NCBI GenBank assembly: GCA_038230375.1
Contig: JBBRNJ010000022.1
Location: forward strand, 32,001 to 96,000
From: Polyangiales bacterium
GTDB lineage: Bacteria > Myxococcota_A > Polyangia > Polyangiales > Polyangiaceae
Direction of reading: 5' to 3'
DNA: 64,000 nucleotides
Positions 1 through 7,462 of the stretch are shown in pieces. The position numbers were made by a program, and so were the translations under genes. Every line of letters begins with the position of its first letter. The stretch's first letter is position 1. The notes beneath the pieces were generated by a model. The model was given only the letters and a program-made list of their open reading frames with translations. It made no database searches and was not told the DNA's origin.

Positions 1-1
1 G

Positions 2-178
2 GGCGCGCTGATGTTCTGGCACGCGTTCTTCAACCTGGGCATGGTGACGGGCATTCTTCCCGTCGTTGGTGTCACGCTGCCGCTCTTCTCCGCAGGTGGC
101 TCGAGCGTGCTCACGATCATGATCGGCATCGGGCTCTTGATGAACGTATCGATGCGACGCTTCTATCAATCGGGTTGA
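2..178 (+). CDS. rodA: Rod shape-determining protein RodA/FtsW (SEDS family), 3' end only
   Basis: Frame 2 reads GALMFWHAFFNLGMVTGILPVVGVTLPLFSAGGSS...MNVSMRRF*, matching the SEDS C-terminal motif; TGA at 176-178. Confidence 0.85.
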   Translation, partial: GALMFWHAFFNLGMVTGILPVVGVTLPLFSAGGSSVLTIMIGIGLLMNVSMRRFYQSG

Positions 179-372
179 GTGCGGCGTGCCTGTGATCCGC
201 CAGTGAGAGCGGACGCGTTGCGCTGAATCTAAGTCAATGTGTGCACGCGCTAACTGCACGATGACGCACTGCGATTGGTCACACAAACTCCCACAAATCG
301 TAGTCTTTGTGGGGTCTCTAACCCTTGCCTGGGGAAGCGCCGATCCACTTTCTGCGGTAAGAGTACGCCCTC

Positions 373-828
373 ATGCGAAACCCAGTTGCTGCACTCTTCG
401 CTGTTGGTCTCATCACCGCCTTCGTCGCCTGCGCGAACGGCAGCTCTGATGATCCTTCCACTGACACCAACGGAACCGATCCGAACGTGGACTCGGGTGT
501 TGGTACCCAGCCGGCGAACAACGGCGGTGGCGGCGATGGCAACAACAACAACACCACCGACTCCGGCAGCGGCGGCGGCAACACCGGCACGGACTCTGGC
601 GGTGGCGGCACCGGCACGGACTCTGGCGGTGGCAGCACCGGTACGGACTCCGGTGGCGGCGGCACGACCATGGACCAGTGCGACACGAACCCGAACTCGA
701 TCGCGGGCGCCGCATACACGTTCGCGTACACCAAGCTGGCGGACCCAACGGCGGTGCCGTGTCCGTGCGTGGTCGGCCAGTGCTGCTACGACAACCACGT
801 CTGGCCGGCGGCCTGTCTGAAGAAGTAG
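373..828 (+). CDS. Myxobacterial lipoprotein with Gly/Thr (GTDSGGG) repeats and Cys-rich C-terminus
   Basis: Lipobox-like FVAC after hydrophobic N-terminus; ~30-bp repeats at about 555-665; GC3-rich frame. Confidence 0.75.
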   Translation: MRNPVAALFAVGLITAFVACANGSSDDPSTDTNGTDPNVDSGVGTQPANNGGGGDGNNNNTTDSGSGGGNTGTDSGGGGTGTDSGGGSTGTDSGGGGTTMDQCDTNPNSIAGAAYTFAYTKLADPTAVPCPCVVGQCCYDNHVWPAACLKK

Positions 829-829
829 G

Positions 830-2104
830 TCACTGAGCGAGGCGCAGGATGCCGACGAAAGAAGGCGCTTGTGCAATGAGGGCGCTGCCGGTGGCGGTGA
901 GCGCGCCGTTCGTGTCGATGCGGAACGCGGTCACCGTGCCGGAGCCCTGGTTTGCTGCGTAGAGGAGCGCGCCGTCGGGCGTGAGCGTGAAGTCGCGCGG
1001 CGTCTTGCCGCCGGTCTTCGTGGGCGTTCCCTTCATCGTGAGCTTGCCGCTCGTTCCGTCGACGGAGAAGGTGGCGATGCTATCGTCGCCGCGGTTCGAA
1101 GCGAACACCCAGTTACCTGTAGGATGCACCCAGATTTCCGCGCCCGTGTTGCCGACGACAGCACCTGCGAGCGTGGACGTGGTGTCCACCGCGGAGAGGC
1201 GCCCCGTGGTCGCGTCGAACGAGAGCGTGGTGACGGTGCTCGCGTTCTCCGCGATCAGGTAGGCCCACTTTGCGTTCGGGTGGAACGCGAGATGGCGCGG
1301 ACCTGCGCCGGCTGCCGTTGCGAGCGTGGGAGTCGCATTCGGAGTGAGCGTGCCCTTCGCCACGTCGAACACGTACTGCGCGACGTAGTCCGCGCCCTTG
1401 CAAGGCACGAACACGAAGTGATTCGTAGGGTCGGCGATGATCATGTGCGCGTTGGCGCCAGCCATCTTCGAGCTCACAGCGGCGCCAAGCGAGCCATTGG
1501 CACCGACCGGAAGCACGGCGACCGTCCCGTCACCATAGTTCGCAACGAAGACCCACTTGCCAGTGGCGTCCACGGACAGATGCGCAGGTCCGTTCCCCGT
1601 CGACGACACGACACCAAGAAACGCGATCACGCCAGACTTCGGATCGATCCCGTAAGCCGCGACCCGCCCCGCGGTCGCCTCATCCAGAGCGTACAAGTTC
1701 GTCCCCGATCGATTCCAAGCGAGAAAAGAAGGGCTACTTCCGATCGAAGCCATCGACCCCTTCGCCGTCAACGAGCCACTGGACTCATCCAAGGAGAACC
1801 AAGAAATGTTCGGCCCATACCCGCTGACGTAAGCCACAAGAGGCCCCTTGGAAACAGAAGCGTCCACTACACCCCCATCGAAGCCCAACGAACCATCCAG
1901 ACGCAACCCAGCATCGCCCGACACGTCGCCACCGTCATTGACAGGAGCCAAAGCCCCCCCAGCCCCACCACAACCCACACCAACAGCCACGCCAAACAGA
2001 GCCAACCACGACAACGACGACGACCCCGACATCGACTTCGACATCGACATCGACATCGACATCGACGACGACCCCGGCCCTGACTCTGACCTAGACCCGA
2101 GCAT
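830..2104 (-). CDS. Lactonase family beta-propeller (6-phosphogluconolactonase-like), probable lipoprotein; start uncertain
   Basis: Motifs GPAHLSVD, VANYGDG, AHMI, GAGPRHLAFHP, SNRGDDSI, TPRDF; signal-like LALFGVAVGVGC; several in-frame ATGs in the hexamer tract at 2030-2063. Confidence 0.85.
   Translation of the reverse strand: MLGSRSESGPGSSSMSMSMSMSKSMSGSSSLSWLALFGVAVGVGCGGAGGALAPVNDGGDVSGDAGLRLDGSLGFDGGVVDASVSKGPLVAYVSGYGPNISWFSLDESSGSLTAKGSMASIGSSPSFLAWNRSGTNLYALDEATAGRVAAYGIDPKSGVIAFLGVVSSTGNGPAHLSVDATGKWVFVANYGDGTVAVLPVGANGSLGAAVSSKMAGANAHMIIADPTNHFVFVPCKGADYVAQYVFDVAKGTLTPNATPTLATAAGAGPRHLAFHPNAKWAYLIAENASTVTTLSFDATTGRLSAVDTTSTLAGAVVGNTGAEIWVHPTGNWVFASNRGDDSIATFSVDGTSGKLTMKGTPTKTGGKTPRDFTLTPDGALLYAANQGSGTVTAFRIDTNGALTATGSALIAQAPSFVGILRLAQ
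2008..2100. repeat. (GACATC/GACTTC)n hexamer tract within the lactonase 5' end (encodes MSMSMS)
   Basis: gacatcgacttcgacatcgacatcgacatcgacatcgac at about 2028-2066 with degenerate flanks. Confidence 0.85.
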
Positions 2105-2172
2105 CCACCCAGACCTCACCCGAAAACAAACGCCACGCAAACGCACCGTATTCACCGCGCAAGAACACGCGT

Positions 2173-2320
2173 CGTGAATGGGGCGGATCGGTGCGCCGGC
2201 GCCCGTCAGGCGAGGCTTCGAGCGAGCACGGAGCGGAACGTACACCGGTACGTGAGCACCGCGCGCAGCTCGAAGGCTCGCCTGACGGGATGCCAGCGCG
2301 TCGAGGCGCCCCCATTCACG
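2173..2320. mobile_element. Palindromic REP/MITE-like element, copy 1 (148 bp)
   Basis: Nested IRs: CGTGAATGGGG 2173-2183/2310-2320 (11/11); CCCGTCAGGCGAGGCTTCGAGC 2202-2223/2268-2289 (21/22); apex ACGTAC-ACCG-GTACGT 2238-2253. Mobility is inferred. Confidence 0.7.
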
Positions 2321-2972
2321 GTTTGGCGCCTTGGAGGACCATTAGGTGGAACTTGCCGAACTCGCTCTGACCGAGCGTGAACAGGATCTCCACGAGGAGG
2401 CGATACGGAGTGTCTGCGTCGGCGATGATGATCGCTTCGCTGGACGAGGGATCTTTGCCGGTCGCTTGCCGGATGATGCGGTCCTTCTCGCGCCAGCTCT
2501 GGAGGGCGTTTGCGAGCGGCACGATGTAGAGATCGTTCGGGCCGGAGCGCTTGTACTTGCCCTCGATGCCGTGTGTGGCGTCGGCGGGGACGGGCGCGAC
2601 CTGGTTGTCGTCCACGACGATGGCTGACTTCGAGATGAGCACCGGAAGACCATCCTGCGAGGCCTCCGTGGTGAGAGTGCTCTTCGGCATCGTCAGGTCC
2701 TTCGACTGCGGAAGCGACGCGGATGACTGGCTCATGCTCTTGAGCAAGAAGACGAGGATGATCGTCATCATGTCGAGCATGGCGGTGATGTTGAGGTAGT
2801 TGCCTTCGCCGGGCTCACCCGCGCGGCGCTTCTGGATGCGGAGCGCGCGCTTGAAGGTGGCCATGCCGGCCGGCTTGGTCGGCGCAGGCGGGGGACGGGG
2901 TCCGCCGGGAGGAGCACCGGGACCACCGGGACCACCGCCTGAGGCACCTGCTGCAGGATTCTGATTAGCCAT
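2316..2972 (-). CDS. ExbD/TolR family protein (AglS-like paralog)
   Basis: YLNITAMLDMMTIILVFLL TM segment with conserved Asp; IIIADADTPY motif. Confidence 0.9.
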   Translation of the reverse strand: MANQNPAAGASGGGPGGPGAPPGGPRPPPAPTKPAGMATFKRALRIQKRRAGEPGEGNYLNITAMLDMMTIILVFLLKSMSQSSASLPQSKDLTMPKSTLTTEASQDGLPVLISKSAIVVDDNQVAPVPADATHGIEGKYKRSGPNDLYIVPLANALQSWREKDRIIRQATGKDPSSSEAIIIADADTPYRLLVEILFTLGQSEFGKFHLMVLQGAKP

Positions 2973-3007
2973 GTGAGCTCATGAACCTTTGCGGGCTACT
3001 GCCTGCA

Positions 3008-3571
3008 CTACTTGGCCAAACCGAAGTTGACCTCGGGGAAGAGGTCGTCGCCCTTGTCGGTCTTGCGCAGCGCGTCCATCGCGCCGATCACCGCCGAATA
3101 CGGGATCTGCGGGTTCGCGCTGATGGTGACCTGCGTCTCGTCCTTGAATGCCTCGGACAGGCCCTTCAGCTTGGTCGCGCATGCGTTGAGCTGCGTGTAG
3201 TCGTACTCGTTGCCCTTCTTCGGCACCGCGAGGCCGGGGCCGGGGTCATTGCAGCCCGGGGCGATGTTGCCCCCGCGAGCCTTGATGCTGAACCCATCGG
3301 GGACGACGATGACGGTGAGCCCGAGGGTGGGGACCACGGGGCCCGCCTTCGCAGCACCACCCGCGCGCGGAGGGAACGTGTCGATGGTCGCGGTGAACGT
3401 CACGCTCACCGTCGCGAGCACGAACATGAGAACGTTCGTGACGATGTCGAGGAACGGAATGATGTTGAGCTCGCCGCCCTCTTCATCAGGGGCGAGCTCC
3501 TTCACCGCAGCAAGGCGACGGACCTTGCTCCGCTGCGCTGCCGTCAGCTTCTCTTTGACTTCTTCAGCCAT
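3008..3571 (-). CDS. ExbD/TolR family protein (AglQ-like paralog)
   Basis: ELNIIPFLDIVTNVLMFVL with conserved Asp; VTISANPQIPY motif. Confidence 0.9.
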   Translation of the reverse strand: MAEEVKEKLTAAQRSKVRRLAAVKELAPDEEGGELNIIPFLDIVTNVLMFVLATVSVTFTATIDTFPPRAGGAAKAGPVVPTLGLTVIVVPDGFSIKARGGNIAPGCNDPGPGLAVPKKGNEYDYTQLNACATKLKGLSEAFKDETQVTISANPQIPYSAVIGAMDALRKTDKGDDLFPEVNFGLAK

Positions 3572-3603
3572 GAGGGGTTCTTCAGACCTTCAGGTCAGGA
3601 AGC

Positions 3604-4296
3604 TCAGTAGCCGCCCGGACGCGTCTGGATGGAGAGCAGGTTGAAGACGCGCTCCATGGTGCCATCCAGATCGTGCTGAATGTTCTTCGCGCGCTGGTGC
3701 AGGATGAGGTGCGCGATCATGCACGTGACGGCGATCGCGAGACCGAGCGCCGTGTTGTACATGGCCTCGGCGATGCCGTTCGCGAGAACGCGCTGACGAT
3801 CCGCGGCGGAGAGGCCGGGAGCGGCAACTGCGCCGAACGTGTGGATCAGACCGTACACGGTGCCGAGAAGACCAAGCAGCGTGGCGATGTTCGCCAGCGA
3901 CCAGAGAGCGCCGATGCGCTTCTCGACCGCGGGCTTGAGCTCGCCGAGCTTCTCGCTCATGGCGGCGTCGATCTCGTCCGGGCCCTTGTTGGCGTGCGTG
4001 AGGCCAGCCTTCACGAGCTGGAGCGTGGGGTAGTCACCGCCGTCGCACAGCTTGATGGCGCGGTCGATGTTACCCGCGGTCACGAGCTTCTTGATCTGCG
4101 CGAAGAACTCCTTGGAGTTAACGCGATACTTGGTGAGCTGGAAGGCCGCACGCTCGATGATCATCGCGATCACGATGGCGCTGACGACGAGGTTGATGGA
4201 GAGGAACGTCGGGTTCTCCTTGAACGCCTCCATCAAGCCGCTGCTGCTTCCGCCGCTCGACGCAGACGTACCCGCGCTCAAAAGTGCAACGAACAT
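3604..4296 (-). CDS. MotA/TolQ/ExbB proton channel protein (AglR-like paralog)
   Basis: IATLLGLLGTVYGLIHTF and GIAEAMYNTALGL; ATG at 4296 preceded by AAAGGAG RBS. Confidence 0.92.
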   Translation of the reverse strand: MFVALLSAGTSASSGGSSSGLMEAFKENPTFLSINLVVSAIVIAMIIERAAFQLTKYRVNSKEFFAQIKKLVTAGNIDRAIKLCDGGDYPTLQLVKAGLTHANKGPDEIDAAMSEKLGELKPAVEKRIGALWSLANIATLLGLLGTVYGLIHTFGAVAAPGLSAADRQRVLANGIAEAMYNTALGLAIAVTCMIAHLILHQRAKNIQHDLDGTMERVFNLLSIQTRPGGY

Positions 4297-4547
4297 CCCC
4301 AACGCTCCTTTCTCAATCTCTTCATGACCAAATCGTTTGTGTGACCCGAGTCGCGTTAGCGGCCCCGGATCCATCGACTGCGTGCGCCCGAACAACAAGC
4401 GTCGACGTCGAAAAAGCTCGATGTACCGAGCGAGTGGGGACCACGATACCGGGAGTGTTCTTTCAAAGTCAATGCTCGAACGGACACGGGCCACGAAGTC
4501 CTCTCTCTCCGTGCCCACGAACGAGAAAGGGCCGAGCCCACGCACGG

Positions 4548-4804
4548 CGACTTCGACCCTCCGACCCCGACCTTCCCACCCCGACCTCGACCTCGACCTC
4601 GACCTCGACCTCGACCTCGACTTCGACCTCGACCTCGACCTCGACCCCGACCCCGACCCCGACTTCGACCTCGACCTCCACCTCGACTTCGACCTCGACT
4701 TCGACCTCGACTTCGACCTCGACCTCGACCCTCGACCTCGACCTCGACCCCGACCCTCGACCTCGACTTCGACCCCGACCTCGACTTCGACCCCGCGACC
4801 TCGA
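4548..4804. repeat. Long (GACCTC/GACTTC/GACCCC)n hexamer tract, intergenic
   Basis: About 250 bp of tandem tcgacc-type units between the divergent motor operons. Confidence 0.95.
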
Positions 4805-5263
4805 TTCCCCGTGACCCATTACTGAGGAGAGTGTTGGGCACCGACACGGGCATGTTCACGTTTTCGAGGGGGGACGCGATTCAGCTTGGGACTTGGCTTT
4901 TCTGTATTGTGCTTGGTACGATTGTGTGCTCGCGGGGTCCAGTGTCGCAGGAATCCCCGGCAAACCAGCGGAACTGTAAAACTTTAGCCTTACGCTAAAA
5001 GCGGATTCCGCCCAAAAAGCGCCCAAACTCTATTGACGGTGGGGGGTCCGAAGGGGGAAGCTGTCGCGCCCGCAAGGTTGAGGAGCCTCCCTCCTTATTT
5101 TGGGAGTCTCACTCCTTATGAAGCTTTGCCAGGGGCGATGAGTTCGGTTACTGGTTTCGGGTCTGATCTGGGGTTTACCTCTTTATTTTTTGCGTCACGA
5201 ATTCGGCCAGCAGCTTCCTCCAGCGTGTAGGAGCTCGCGGCGTCCTCTGAAGGAGACGGGTCA

Positions 5264-5923
5264 ATGTCATCTCTCTGGAAGCACTACACAGACGGCAAGT
5301 GGGGCATGCACATCATCCTGTTCTGGTCGATCGTGACCATCGGGATCATCATCGAGCGTGCGCTCTACCTGTACGGCTCGTCGATCAACAAGGACGTGTT
5401 CCTCGCTACGATGCAGAAGTGCATCCTCGCGGGCGACGTGGCCAAGGCCGTGAAGATGTGCAGCGCCGCGAACGCGCCGCTCGCGCGCATCGTGCAGGCC
5501 GGTCTCGTGAAGGTGAACCGCCCGGACGAAGAGGTCCAGGCCGCCATGGACGAAGCGGCTCTCCGTGAGATCCCGAAGCTCGCCAAGCGTACCAGCTACC
5601 TGGCGCTCCTCGCGAACCTCGCGATGCTCACCGGCCTCCTCGGAACCGTGTCTGGCCTCATCGCCAGCTTCGGCGCCGTCGCCGGAGAGTCAGTGGACGC
5701 GAGCCAGAAGGCCCGCATCCTCGCCGAAGGAATCTCCGAAGCCATGAACTGCACGGCCTTCGGTCTCATCGTCGCCCTCCTGGGCCTGATCGGCTTCGCC
5801 GTCCTCAACGGCAAGACCCAGCAGCTAGAAGACGACATCAACGAGGCCTCAGTCCAGGTCCTCAACCTGGTCGTAACCAACCGCCAGAAGGTCAACCTCA
5901 GCGGCATGCCCCAAGCGGCTTGA
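5264..5923 (+). CDS. aglR: MotA/TolQ/ExbB channel protein, AglR-type gliding motor subunit
   Basis: GKWGM..I...IIIERA..L.GSSINK; LAMLTGLLGTVSGLIASF; GISEAMNCTAFGL; AAGGAG RBS; followed by two ExbD genes. Orthology judged from recalled resemblance. Confidence 0.8.
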   Translation: MSSLWKHYTDGKWGMHIILFWSIVTIGIIIERALYLYGSSINKDVFLATMQKCILAGDVAKAVKMCSAANAPLARIVQAGLVKVNRPDEEVQAAMDEAALREIPKLAKRTSYLALLANLAMLTGLLGTVSGLIASFGAVAGESVDASQKARILAEGISEAMNCTAFGLIVALLGLIGFAVLNGKTQQLEDDINEASVQVLNLVVTNRQKVNLSGMPQAA

Positions 5924-5946
5924 TCCGCCGGCGTTCTTCGCCGACG

Positions 5947-6041
5947 GCTCACCTGCAGTACGTTCTTAGTGCTCACCTGCAGTACGTTCTTGGTGCTCAC
6001 CTGCAGTACGTTCTGGTGCTCAGCTGCAGTACGTTCTTAGT
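5947..6041. repeat. 24-bp tandem repeat x4 (GCTCACCTGCAGTACGTTCTTRGT), no spacers
   Basis: Units 5947-5970, 5971-5994, 5995-6017 (23 bp), 6018-6041. Confidence 0.95.
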
Positions 6042-6122
6042 GTCTCTGGTGCGAGCGCAAGCAAGCACGCCGTTTCAAGTGCCGTAAGATCCCCGGCACG
6101 CTTCCTCTAGGGCGAGAAAGAA

Positions 6123-6269
6123 ATTTTTCGCCCTCGGTCAGGTCGAGGCTTCGAGCGAGGCCAAGGCGCGACTGAGGACCGCGCGGAGCGACCTCCCGGT
6201 CGTGAGCACGGACCGGAAGGAGCAACGCAGGGATCGCTCGAATGCTCGACCTGAACGAGGGCGAAAAAT
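6123..6269. mobile_element. Palindromic REP/MITE-like element, copy 2 (147 bp)
   Basis: 36-bp terminal IR 6123-6158/6234-6269 with 3 mismatches; shares GTCAGG(T)CGAGGCTTCGAGCGAG, CCGGT(A)CGTGAGCAC and GCTCGAAnGCTCG(A)CCTGA with 2173-2320. Mobility is inferred. Confidence 0.7.
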
Positions 6270-6840
6270 GGGTGGTGTAGACGTTGGTGGCGCTAGCGGT
6301 GGACGGCGGAAGACTGACTCGGAGGTCAACATGATCCCGATGATCGATCTCCTCATGGTCACCATCTCGTTCTTGCTCATCACGGCCGTGTGGTCGCACA
6401 TGTCCCGCATCAACGCGGACGCGCAGGTGCCAGGACCGCCCCGACCGGACACGGAGCAGACCCCGCAAGAGCCGGAGAAGACGCTCCACATCGAGATGCG
6501 TACCCCGGACAAGTTCACGCTCATCTGGAAGCAGGGCGGCACGGTTGTCAGCACGGTCGACGTCGCTCGCCGCGACAACGTGATCGAGAACAACCACGTG
6601 AAGGAGGTCCACTACCCCGACCTCGGCGCGAAGATCGAGAGCGAGTGGAAGACCACGGGCCAGCACCGTGATGCCACCGACAAGAAGTTCGACCAGGCCG
6701 TTCTCCACACGGACAACGAGACCCCGTACGTGAACCTGATCGGCGTCATCGACGCCATCTACACGCCCAAGCGCGACTACGGCGCGGGCGGCAAGATCGA
6801 GAAGATGCCGGCCCTGAACGTGACCTTCGCGGTCAACTGA
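6268..6840 (+). CDS. aglQ: ExbD/TolR family protein, AglQ-type
   Basis: MGGVDVGG...EVNMIPMIDLLMVTISFLLITAVW with channel Asp; LHTDNETPY. Confidence 0.75.
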   Translation: MGGVDVGGASGGRRKTDSEVNMIPMIDLLMVTISFLLITAVWSHMSRINADAQVPGPPRPDTEQTPQEPEKTLHIEMRTPDKFTLIWKQGGTVVSTVDVARRDNVIENNHVKEVHYPDLGAKIESEWKTTGQHRDATDKKFDQAVLHTDNETPYVNLIGVIDAIYTPKRDYGAGGKIEKMPALNVTFAVN

Positions 6841-6850
6841 GGAATCTGCA

Positions 6851-7393
6851 ATGACCGTTCAAAAGCCTGGCCGACGTCTGATGCACTTCGTGCCGCTGCA
6901 CTTCGTCCACAAGAAGGTGACCGGCGGTGGACAGCGTCCGATCGCTGCGGGTCTGTCGCTCACCAGCATGATCGACTTCCTCGTCGTGACCGTCGTTTTC
7001 CTCCTGATGTCGTTCAGCGCATCCGGAGAGCTGCAGGTCGCGAAGGGCGTCACCATCCCGAAGGCGCAGAACACGCTCGACATGATCGACGCGCCCATCG
7101 TCGCGATCTCGGGTCGTCAGATCCTGGTCAACGGGCAGCCCGCCGGTAACACGCAGGCGATCGAGGACAGCAAGCGCATGCAGCGCGTGGACGAGCTCTT
7201 CAACTCGCTCAAGCAGCAGCGCGAGCACTGGAAGCAGGTCTACCCGAACAAGGACTTCCCCGGCGTCGTCGTTCTCCAGATCGATCAAGACGTGCAGGCC
7301 GTGGTCGTGAAGAGCGTGTTCCAGACGGCGGCCTTCGCCGGCTACCCGAACGTGAGCTTCATGGTCAACCAGATGCCGCACGCGAGCGAGTAA
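6851..7393 (+). CDS. aglS: ExbD/TolR family protein, AglS-type
   Basis: MTVQKPGRR...LTSMIDFLVVTVVFLLMSFSASGE; VVLQIDQDV. Confidence 0.75.
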   Translation: MTVQKPGRRLMHFVPLHFVHKKVTGGGQRPIAAGLSLTSMIDFLVVTVVFLLMSFSASGELQVAKGVTIPKAQNTLDMIDAPIVAISGRQILVNGQPAGNTQAIEDSKRMQRVDELFNSLKQQREHWKQVYPNKDFPGVVVLQIDQDVQAVVVKSVFQTAAFAGYPNVSFMVNQMPHASE

Positions 7394-7418
7394 ACCTCTC
7401 CGCGTGAGAGAGCCGCGA

Positions 7419-7448
7419 AAGAGCCCGCGTCATGCGGGCTTTTTCTTT
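7419..7448 (+). terminator. Intrinsic terminator after the aglRQS-like operon
   Basis: AGCCCGC-GTCAT-GCGGGCT stem-loop followed by TTTTCTTT. Confidence 0.8.
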
Positions 7449-7462
7449 GGAGCAGCCACTGC

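Noticed and set aside
4284..4859. ORFs encoding poly-(TS), (DL), (RG), (VE)
   Set aside because: They are stop-free translations of the hexamer tract with no RBS or domain support.
4955..5010. c-di-GMP-I riboswitch (GGCAAACC seen)
   Set aside because: It lacks the GAAA tetraloop stem and the following GACGCAAA/P2 elements.
5947..6041. CRISPR array
   Set aside because: The repeats are contiguous with no spacers, and there are no cas genes in the window.
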